A stretch of DNA of 64,000 bases. It comes from an uncultured Verrucomicrobiota bacterium. GTDB taxonomy: Bacteria; Verrucomicrobiota; Kiritimatiellia; CAIKKV01; CAITUY01. Positions 57,545 through 64,000 of this stretch are shown piece after piece. Each line of letters begins with the position of its first letter. Within the stretch, counting starts at the first letter, position 1. Position numbers and translations under genes: made by a program. The notes under the pieces are model-generated. The model made no database searches. It worked only from the letters and a program-made list of their open reading frames with translations, and was not told the origin of the DNA. The DNA is taken from the NCBI GenBank assembly GCA_964611575.1, contig CAZTAJ010000002.1, positions 22,582-86,581 on the forward strand. Reading direction: 5' to 3'.

Positions 57545-57584
57545 GAAACGATCGACGCCTGAAGCGCAAGGGGGTACCACTCGG

Positions 57585-57980
57585 ATGAGGCCTTGCGTTG
57601 AACGATCCCTGCTGCGTTGCGAATGCGGAGATTCGACCGGGGAATTTTTCTTTTCGTTTTCGGCATCGGAAGGCACATTCAAGGGGCATTTTCCGAGGCA
57701 TCCGATTCTGCCGGGGGTGTTCCAACTGGAGATGGCCAAGTTTGCATGTGAACGGGTGACGGGCAGGCGTCTTGAGATTGAGAAGATCGAAAGAGCCAAG
57801 TTTTCCCGGCCGATCCTGCCGGAAGAAGAGATCCGTCTGTCGGTGAAGATTCAATCGGGTGAAGGCATTCTGCATGCCCAAGCGATTGTTTTTGTATCCA
57901 GCGAGCAGGCGGGAGGTGTCAGCCTGGTTCTGCGCAGCCGGGGGACTCGGGAGCGGGGGGCAGGCGGCTCAAACGCTTGA
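57585..57980 (+). CDS. Hotdog-fold dehydratase (FabA/FabZ-like; ApeP-like)
   Basis: The motif FKGHFPRHPILPGVFQLEMAKFA is characteristic of FabZ-like dehydratases. It is trimmed from ORF 57276-57980 to the first Met after the upstream stop. Confidence 0.6.
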   Translation: MRPCVERSLLRCECGDSTGEFFFSFSASEGTFKGHFPRHPILPGVFQLEMAKFACERVTGRRLEIEKIERAKFSRPILPEEEIRLSVKIQSGEGILHAQAIVFVSSEQAGGVSLVLRSRGTRERGAGGSNA

Positions 57981-58058
57981 CGAGACGAGCGTATCTCCAT
58001 AATCTAAGATCACGCTTTCAGAAAGCTTGACGCATAACACATCAGGGAGGGTCCAGAA

Positions 58059-58634
58059 ATGAAGAAGGAATGGGTAAAGGCTGGAATCGTGGCGGCGGTG
58101 TTTTTCTGCTCTCTGTTGACGTTTGCTCAAGGGGGGACGACAGACGCGGTCAAGGGAACTATTATGGAGGGCGGATTCAACAAGTTCAAACTGCAGGACA
58201 AGAGCGGCACAAGCTGGCTGTTTTACCCCTCCCAGAAGGCTACCGGCTACGAGCCTGCCGACTGGCGGCCGAACGAGGGCGACGAGGTTGCGGTGGCCTC
58301 CATCGAAGTGAAGCGACGGGATGCCACGATTCTACAGGCGAACCAGATCACACTACTCAAAGCCGGACCCAATACGTTCAGGTTCAAGAGCCCGGTGGAG
58401 GTGGAAATCGTCGAAGCCGGTCGCAGTGGGTACAGGGCCAAGGTCCTGTCCGTTGGCGCCACGGTGAAGTTCGGAAACCAGCGCGGCATGCAAATGGTTC
58501 CGGCGGGTTGGCTCCCTGCCATGGGTGAGAGGGCCATCATAACCTTCATCACCAAACCCATCCCGATCGGCTACTCGATGGGTTACTACATAGTGAAGAT
58601 GGAGAAGGTCGATACCGGCAAGAAGGCTGAGTGA
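58059..58634 (+). CDS. Secreted hypothetical protein (signal peptide)
   Basis: 191 aa with signal peptide MKKEWVKAGIVAAVFFCSLLTFAQG. It is beta-rich and has no recognisable motif. Confidence 0.5.
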   Translation: MKKEWVKAGIVAAVFFCSLLTFAQGGTTDAVKGTIMEGGFNKFKLQDKSGTSWLFYPSQKATGYEPADWRPNEGDEVAVASIEVKRRDATILQANQITLLKAGPNTFRFKSPVEVEIVEAGRSGYRAKVLSVGATVKFGNQRGMQMVPAGWLPAMGERAIITFITKPIPIGYSMGYYIVKMEKVDTGKKAE

Positions 58635-58665
58635 GGCGACGAAGGAGAGGACCCGCTGGCTGACG

Positions 58666-59868
58666 ATGAATCGGGTTCTCATTTTTCCTAACACGCATAC
58701 GCTCTCCCACCTGGCCCGTGCCTTGGCTGTGGCGGACTGGCTGGATGGTGCGGGTTGGGAGAGCCATCTTGGAGTCTCGGCGTTGCGTTTGGAGTGGGCC
58801 GCACGGTTCCATTCCCGATGCCACGTTGTGTCGGAACTGTGGGAACCCTCGGGCACTCCGCACCCTTGCGTGAAGTGGTTCCATGATGCGAAGCACGTGA
58901 CGAGGTGCATCGATTCCCAGGAGCGGCTCATCCGCAGCATCTCCCCCTCCCTGATTGTCGGGATTTTTGATTTTCCCTCGGCCGTGAGCGCCGGCAACAT
59001 TCCCCGTCTCAGCATCAATGGCGGGTGCATGCTGCCGTTCTACCCAGGGGTGCTCGGATACGACGCGACTCCATCCTCTCAGCAGACGCTTCAGAAAACG
59101 GTGTTGGATCGCTTCTGGGCCTTCGCCGGACGAGCCTTTAACACCGCTCTGTGCGATCACAGACAGGAGCCAGTCGCGAGCGTGCTCGATCTCCTGGTGG
59201 GCGACGTGAATTTGATCTACGAAATCGACGAGATCTGTCGGCTCCCCAGCTTGTCACCCAACTATCACATGGTCGGTCCGATTGCCTGGGACGGGTGGGA
59301 AGTGATGGGTGAATGCGTATCTCCGTGGCGGAGGGATGACTCAAAACGGACTGTGTATCTCAACTGCGGATCGCTGGCAAGAAACGGACGGGTAAGGACG
59401 AGAATCATGGAGGCGTGCCTCCGGCAGTGCGACCGCCTGCTGGTCAGTACGGGTCTGAACGGTGGCGGGGATGTGAAGTCGGACCGGGTTCAGATCAGGC
59501 CGTTTCTTTCCCCGGCGGGCGCCACTGCCGTCGCTGACGTCGTGGTCTGCACGGGCGGGGTCGGCGCCTGTTACACCAACCTGTTGCATGGAGTTCCGTC
59601 CCTGGTGGTGCCAATGCAGCCCGAACAGGAAACGAACGGCATCAACTTGGAGCGAGCGGGATGCGGCAGGGTCCTGAGGGCGAACCTTGTCTTTCTTGGC
59701 GATCCGCGACAGTACGAAGAGTCGCTCGACTATGGATACTTGGAGGAAACACTGCACGAGATGCTGGCAACGCAAGACCTCGAACAGGGGTGCGAGCAGG
59801 TCCGGGAGCGGCTCTTGAAGTGCCGGACTCGCGAGGCGGTCATTGATCTTGCCGGGAGTCTGCAATGA
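58666..59868 (+). CDS. GT1-family (MGT/UDP-glycosyltransferase-like) glycosyltransferase
   Basis: 400 aa with a GT-B fold. The C-terminal nucleotide-sugar motif is VVCTGGVGACYTNLLHGVPSLVVPMQPEQETNG. Confidence 0.7.
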   Translation: MNRVLIFPNTHTLSHLARALAVADWLDGAGWESHLGVSALRLEWAARFHSRCHVVSELWEPSGTPHPCVKWFHDAKHVTRCIDSQERLIRSISPSLIVGIFDFPSAVSAGNIPRLSINGGCMLPFYPGVLGYDATPSSQQTLQKTVLDRFWAFAGRAFNTALCDHRQEPVASVLDLLVGDVNLIYEIDEICRLPSLSPNYHMVGPIAWDGWEVMGECVSPWRRDDSKRTVYLNCGSLARNGRVRTRIMEACLRQCDRLLVSTGLNGGGDVKSDRVQIRPFLSPAGATAVADVVVCTGGVGACYTNLLHGVPSLVVPMQPEQETNGINLERAGCGRVLRANLVFLGDPRQYEESLDYGYLEETLHEMLATQDLEQGCEQVRERLLKCRTREAVIDLAGSLQ

Positions 59869-61451
59869 AAGGACGGCTGAGAGCGTTTCTGGTGCATGGA
59901 ATGGGAAGCTCGCCGGGATGGTGGAATCCGCTCATCGCCCCGCTTCAGAGCCTGGGACTGGAACCCGCTGCACTGGAAATGCCTTCTCTTGAATCACACG
60001 GCCCGGCGGCATGGGTTGACGCGATTGTGCGGCACGCAGGCCACGCTCCAATCCTTCTGATCGGGCATTCGCTGGGTGCGGCCGTGTGCGTGGTGGCCTC
60101 TCGTCGAATCTCTTGTGTCGGGATCATCCTGCTGGCCTGTCCTCCGTTCTTCGATGACTACCGTCCGTCGCCTCCGGCGGGAACCGGCCTCTCCGTCCGC
60201 GCTGTGACAAGGGTTGGGATGTTCCTGCGCGATGCCGCGCGGGAATCGACTCTGGTGACAACGGATTCCATTCATTTCATCGGTGACGCCGACCCATTCA
60301 TCCCAGCGGAACAGGCGGCGCGCCTGCCCTTTCCCCTGATTGTGATCCCTTCCGCGGACCATGATCCGATGGACTCGATGCGCTTCATGAAAGCGCTGAT
60401 CGAGCACATCGTCAATTCGCGGTTCGGAAAACACTTCCTCGATCCTGCAGTCCGTGCGCCGTCGCGTCTCCGCGCGTCGGACACCCTTGGGGAGGCGATG
60501 GATTTGAATGAAGCCGCACCTCCCCCGGCTCGGATCGATCTGGAGATCACCACCCGCTGCCAGTGCGCCTGTCCGCGATGTGCCAGAACGCTGTTCCCGA
60601 CCTTGGCCCGACCCATGGATATGAGCCGGGTGTTCTTCGAACGAGTGATGGGCGAGTGCTCCGGAGCTGGCGAGATCATTTTCGTTGGGCTGGGCGAACC
60701 GCTGCTTCACCCTGATCTCCCCTTCTTCGTTTCCACGTGCGCGAGACTGCAGATGAACGTCAGTGTGGTCACCAACGGCCTGCTGGCGGAACCCGGTCTG
60801 GTGGAAACGCTATTTGAGGCCGGTCTTGGGGAGATCACGTTCAGCATCGATTCCACCGACCCCGAAAGGTTTCGGTCTCTGCGCGGAGGGGCCGATTTGC
60901 GGCGGGTTCTGGTCAATTTCCGTGCGGTGCGGGCAGGTCGGCATAAATCGATATTCGTGACGCTCTCCCAACAGAATGTGGGAGACCTGCGGGGATTGGT
61001 GGATCTCGCTGCGAGCGAGGGGCTGCGCGCCATTGCGGTCTCTGATGTGAACTTCCCGGAGAATGCCGACGAGTCCCTGCACCAAGCCCAAGCGGAGATG
61101 GATCTGGGTGCCGCCATCGCATACGCGCAGGAACGTAATGTTCTGCTCATTGACCCCAGGTTTCACAACACCGGAGATCCGCGGCGTCATCCTCTTCGTT
61201 GCACGGCAAGAAAGCCTGCGAACATTATGGGAAGATCCTGCCGCCATCGTCATTGCCTGGCCCCCTGGCGCATTGCGGTGGTGGGGGTGAATGGCGACCT
61301 GACGCCGTGCAATTGTGCGCCGAAGGCGGCGGTTGGCAGCCTTGCCCGTGGCTCGATGGCGGATGGATGGAACGGGCCAGACATGGCGAGATGGCGCAAG
61401 GCCGTCATGGGCGGCGAGTGCCAGTCGTGCTTGACCTGTCCCAGGTACTGA
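59865..61451 (+). CDS. Fusion of alpha/beta-hydrolase domain (GHSLG nucleophile elbow) and radical SAM-SPASM domain
   Basis: The N-terminal 190 aa or so have GHSLGA plus an Asp/His-bearing alpha/beta-hydrolase layout. Then comes a radical SAM CxxxCxxC (CQCACPRC). The C-terminal Cys cluster is C..C....C...C.C (SPASM/twitch-like). Confidence 0.75.
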   Translation: MKGRLRAFLVHGMGSSPGWWNPLIAPLQSLGLEPAALEMPSLESHGPAAWVDAIVRHAGHAPILLIGHSLGAAVCVVASRRISCVGIILLACPPFFDDYRPSPPAGTGLSVRAVTRVGMFLRDAARESTLVTTDSIHFIGDADPFIPAEQAARLPFPLIVIPSADHDPMDSMRFMKALIEHIVNSRFGKHFLDPAVRAPSRLRASDTLGEAMDLNEAAPPPARIDLEITTRCQCACPRCARTLFPTLARPMDMSRVFFERVMGECSGAGEIIFVGLGEPLLHPDLPFFVSTCARLQMNVSVVTNGLLAEPGLVETLFEAGLGEITFSIDSTDPERFRSLRGGADLRRVLVNFRAVRAGRHKSIFVTLSQQNVGDLRGLVDLAASEGLRAIAVSDVNFPENADESLHQAQAEMDLGAAIAYAQERNVLLIDPRFHNTGDPRRHPLRCTARKPANIMGRSCRHRHCLAPWRIAVVGVNGDLTPCNCAPKAAVGSLARGSMADGWNGPDMARWRKAVMGGECQSCLTCPRY

Positions 61452-61536
61452 TGATGCACTCGAATCCTCTTTGTGAGGTGGACCGTCCATCCTCACGATT
61501 GACCTCGTGGCCGCTTGATGGCACCATTTCTGACAG

Positions 61537-62340
61537 ATGAGAACATTCCCTGATGCCGGTCACCCCGGACGCGTGCCCGCAGCGCCAGAAGAGCGGCTTC
61601 TTGTCACTTGGGTTCGCAGAATGGTGTTTGGTGTGGTGGGGCTGTGTTCCTATCCGAGTCTGGCCATCATCAACACACTGAAGATATCAGGGACGGAACA
61701 CCTCAGATGCCTGCCAAGGGAAAACGTCCTATTTGTCAGCAACCACCAAACCTACTTTGCCGATGTGATTGCCATTCTGCATATTCTTTGTGCCGTGAGA
61801 GTGGGGAAGACGCGTAGTTTGGGGATTCCGTACTACTTGCTCGCACCCTTTACCCGTGTCAACTATGTGGCATCTGAACAAACCATGAATGGCACTTGGA
61901 TCAGCCGCCTTTTTGCGGTGGCTGGGGCCGTGACGGTAAGAAGAACCTGGAACGCAGAAGCAAAGGAAACCCGCAAGGGCCTTGATCCATCGGATACTCG
62001 GAAGATCACCAGGGCACTTGCCCGGAACTGGGTGATTACTTTTCCCCAGGGAACCACCACACCATTTGCGCCGGGAAGAAGAGGAACGGCACTCATCATC
62101 AAACATAACAGACCCATCGTCATCCCTGTAATTATTGACGGATTTGGGAAAGCTTTCAACAAGACAGGCTTAAAACTCAGGAAGCCAGGAACAATCCTGA
62201 CGGTTCAGTTCAAAAAGGCATTGGATATAGATTATGGTGCCCGATCAGAAGACATGCTTGAGCAGATAATGGGCGCCATTGAGCAAAGCAAGGCGTATGC
62301 GATGCCAGAAGACACAGAACGGACGACGACTCATGAGTAG
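61537..62340 (+). CDS. 1-acyl-sn-glycerol-3-phosphate acyltransferase (PlsC/AGPAT-family)
   Basis: It has the NHQTYFAD (NHxxxxD) catalytic motif and FPQGTT (FPEGT-like) block. The start may be internal. Confidence 0.7.
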   Translation: MRTFPDAGHPGRVPAAPEERLLVTWVRRMVFGVVGLCSYPSLAIINTLKISGTEHLRCLPRENVLFVSNHQTYFADVIAILHILCAVRVGKTRSLGIPYYLLAPFTRVNYVASEQTMNGTWISRLFAVAGAVTVRRTWNAEAKETRKGLDPSDTRKITRALARNWVITFPQGTTTPFAPGRRGTALIIKHNRPIVIPVIIDGFGKAFNKTGLKLRKPGTILTVQFKKALDIDYGARSEDMLEQIMGAIEQSKAYAMPEDTERTTTHE

Positions 62341-62598
62341 AACATAGTTGCTGCGAACGACCGGGCTATGATGCAATATGCATTGGATTAATGGGCGAGA
62401 TCAAGGTCTGGCACGAAAGCAACGGCGCAATGTTCCCGCCAAGCGAAGGACACACCAACAGGACCGGGGGAACTCGCTGATCACACTCGGGAGCACTTCA
62501 TGTCGCAGCAGAAAGCATCGGACGTCGACCATCGAACACGGAATGCCAAAGGAAGGCGGATCCTCTGCCGCCACAGCGCCTCGCCTCGCTGTTGGATC

Positions 62599-63246
62599 AT
62601 GAATCTTCGATATGTGCCGCTGGCCGTTGTATTGCTGCTGCCAATGGCCCCGCTCTGCGCGGAAACGAATACCGCGTTGGCGGTGGAGCGGCTGCGAGGT
62701 ATACAGGAAAGGCTGAGTGCGGTTCGTACGGTGCAGGCGGATTTCGAGCAGGAGAAGGACCTCTCGCTGTTCAAGCAGAAGATCGTTATCGTGGGACGGA
62801 TCTACCTTGAGAACCCCGGTCGGTTCGCCTGGCACGCCGAGAAGCCGGTGCGCTATCGGCTCGTAATCAACGAGGATGATGTCCGGCAATGGGACGAGGA
62901 TACGCGCCAGGCACAGCGACTGCCTGTTGAGGGGAATCCTCTGTTCAAGATGGCGACGGGGCAGATGCGCGACTGCTTTGCCGGGCGTTACGAGGGGATG
63001 CTGAAGGAATGCGACATGACGGTGTCGGGCGTGTCCGCGCTGACGATTCGGTTTGTTCCAAAGCCAGCCGCCCTTACGGCGAAAGCGCTTCGGGCGTTGG
63101 AGGTGACGCTGCAGGGAGATGAGCGATATATTTCCTGCATTCGGTTTGAAGATCTCAACGGAGATGCCACGACGATTCGGTTCAAGAACGCAGTTCTGAA
63201 CGAAGCAATCGACCCCCGGGCCTGGGAGGTCACGCCGCGTGAGTAA
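62599..63246 (+). CDS. LolA-like outer-membrane lipoprotein carrier family protein (ApeM-like)
   Basis: It has signal peptide MNLRYVPLAVVLLLPMAPLCAE and a LolA/LolB-like beta-clam motif VQADFEQEK. Trimmed from ORF 62500. Confidence 0.6.
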   Translation: MNLRYVPLAVVLLLPMAPLCAETNTALAVERLRGIQERLSAVRTVQADFEQEKDLSLFKQKIVIVGRIYLENPGRFAWHAEKPVRYRLVINEDDVRQWDEDTRQAQRLPVEGNPLFKMATGQMRDCFAGRYEGMLKECDMTVSGVSALTIRFVPKPAALTAKALRALEVTLQGDERYISCIRFEDLNGDATTIRFKNAVLNEAIDPRAWEVTPRE

Positions 63247-64000
63247 GCATCCGTTTTTGGGCATCCACGAATTCTGCCGCTGCCATCGGTGGGGGTTGCT
63301 CATGGTCTCCGCAGTGATGACGTTGGCCGCCGGCGTCTCGCTGTGGTTCGTGCAGTACGATAAGACTCTGGATTCCATGCTTCCGGCACGCAGCTCGATC
63401 CCCCGAGTGATGGAGGTGCTTCGGGATGCACGCCTCTCGAATAAGATTGTGGTCAGCGTAGGCTCCGTCGTGGCGGGTGCCACGGCGCATGATGTCATGA
63501 TCGCGGCCGATCAACTGGCGACTTCGCTTGCGCAATCGCCGCTGATCAACCAAGCCACGGCGGATTTCACGCGCATGGCGTCCGTCGACGATATGGCCCT
63601 GTTCTATCAGGCGGCGCCCGAACTCCTGGGGGAAGAGGATGTCCGTGAGATGGGCGTTGCCGTGACGCCGGAAGGGGTGCGCGCCGCTCTCAGGCGGCGA
63701 TACGTGCAACTCATGAAGCCCGAGGGCAACTTCCTCGCTCCCTTGATCCGTGCCGACCCCCTCGATGTCCGCTGGCGGGTCGTGGAACGGCTGCAGGCCG
63801 CGATGTCCTCCTTTGGGTACGATGTCAACATGGTCGAGGGCCACCTCATGAGCCGGGACGGACGGCATTGCATGATTGTGGCCGAGACTCCGATTGCGCC
63901 GACCGACAATGTCGGAGCTATGGCCTTGGTGAAGATGTTGACCGCGAAGATCGGGTCGTTGCCGACAGGTTTCACGGCGGACACGATATGCGGTCACATG
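63239..64000 (+). CDS. MMPL/RND-family exporter, 5'-partial view (continues past window)
   Basis: Manual translation from the GTG at 63239 (alternative ATG at 63302) gives ...MVSAVMTLAAGVSLWFVQYDKTLDSMLP...., an N-terminal TM segment plus a periplasmic domain typical of MMPL/HpnN-like lipid exporters. There is no stop in the window. Its start overlaps the LolA-like stop. Confidence 0.55.
   Translation, partial: MSKHPFLGIHEFCRCHRWGLLMVSAVMTLAAGVSLWFVQYDKTLDSMLPARSSIPRVMEVLRDARLSNKIVVSVGSVVAGATAHDVMIAADQLATSLAQSPLINQATADFTRMASVDDMALFYQAAPELLGEEDVREMGVAVTPEGVRAALRRRYVQLMKPEGNFLAPLIRADPLDVRWRVVERLQAAMSSFGYDVNMVEGHLMSRDGRHCMIVAETPIAPTDNVGAMALVKMLTAKIGSLPTGFTADTICGHM

Noticed and set aside
1-64000. 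CRISPR arrays, rRNA genes, transposases or integrases
   Set aside because: No regularly spaced short direct repeats with unique spacers, no rRNA-like conserved stretches and no DDE or tyrosine-recombinase-like ORFs were seen. The tandem repeats present are 2-4 copies and lie either in coding sequence (the coiled-coil protein) or as intergenic hairpins.

Overview
This 64-kb window is high-GC. It looks like a PVC-superphylum bacterium (Verrucomicrobia, Kiritimatiellae or Planctomycetes). The basis is inference only: the GC content and many proteins carrying a prepilin-type N-terminal leader. Positions 1-37500 are mostly housekeeping and envelope genes. They include a partial type II secretion operon on the minus strand (gspE, gspF, gspG and three minor pseudopilins), cinA, a Sel1-repeat protein and a giant coiled-coil protein of 1526 aa with about four near-identical tandem repeats of roughly 410-420 bp. 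Also present are zupT, a five-gene tripartite ABC efflux operon (TolC-like, small Cys-rich protein, HlyD, two ABC half-transporters), a secreted beta-helix repeat protein, an MFS transporter, an ORF6N-domain fragment, queG, a methionine block, a URO-D-family protein, an AraC regulator and a PilT-like pseudo-ATPase. The methionine block is metH, a 58-aa rubredoxin that the ORF track missed, and a homocysteine-methyltransferase/MTHFR fusion. From about 37500 to the window end the GC content visibly drops. The drop starts at a tRNA 3'-end-like fragment and an AT-rich spacer. What follows is the most interesting region: a large lipid or polyene-type biosynthetic island of at least 26 kb that continues past the window. 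It combines aryl-polyene/type II PKS-FAS-like parts with radical chemistry. The aryl-polyene-like parts are an acyl-AMP ligase, a KS+CLF pair, an ACP, a KS-CLF fusion, two hotdog dehydratases, a thioesterase, two lipid acyltransferases, a GT1 glycosyltransferase, a LolA-like protein and an MMPL exporter. The radical-chemistry parts are two B12-binding radical SAM enzymes, a B12-radical-SAM fused to a KS-CLF didomain, an HgdC-type activase with two 2-hydroxyacyl-CoA-dehydratase-like (DUF2229) partners, and an alpha/beta-hydrolase fused to a radical SAM-SPASM domain. A composite repeat (G-rich GGTGGGAGG array plus a CCAACGCCCAACGCCCAA hairpin) occurs twice, each time at the 5' end of a gene for a protein with a signal or prepilin leader. 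No CRISPR arrays, rRNA, complete tRNA, transposases or integrases were seen.
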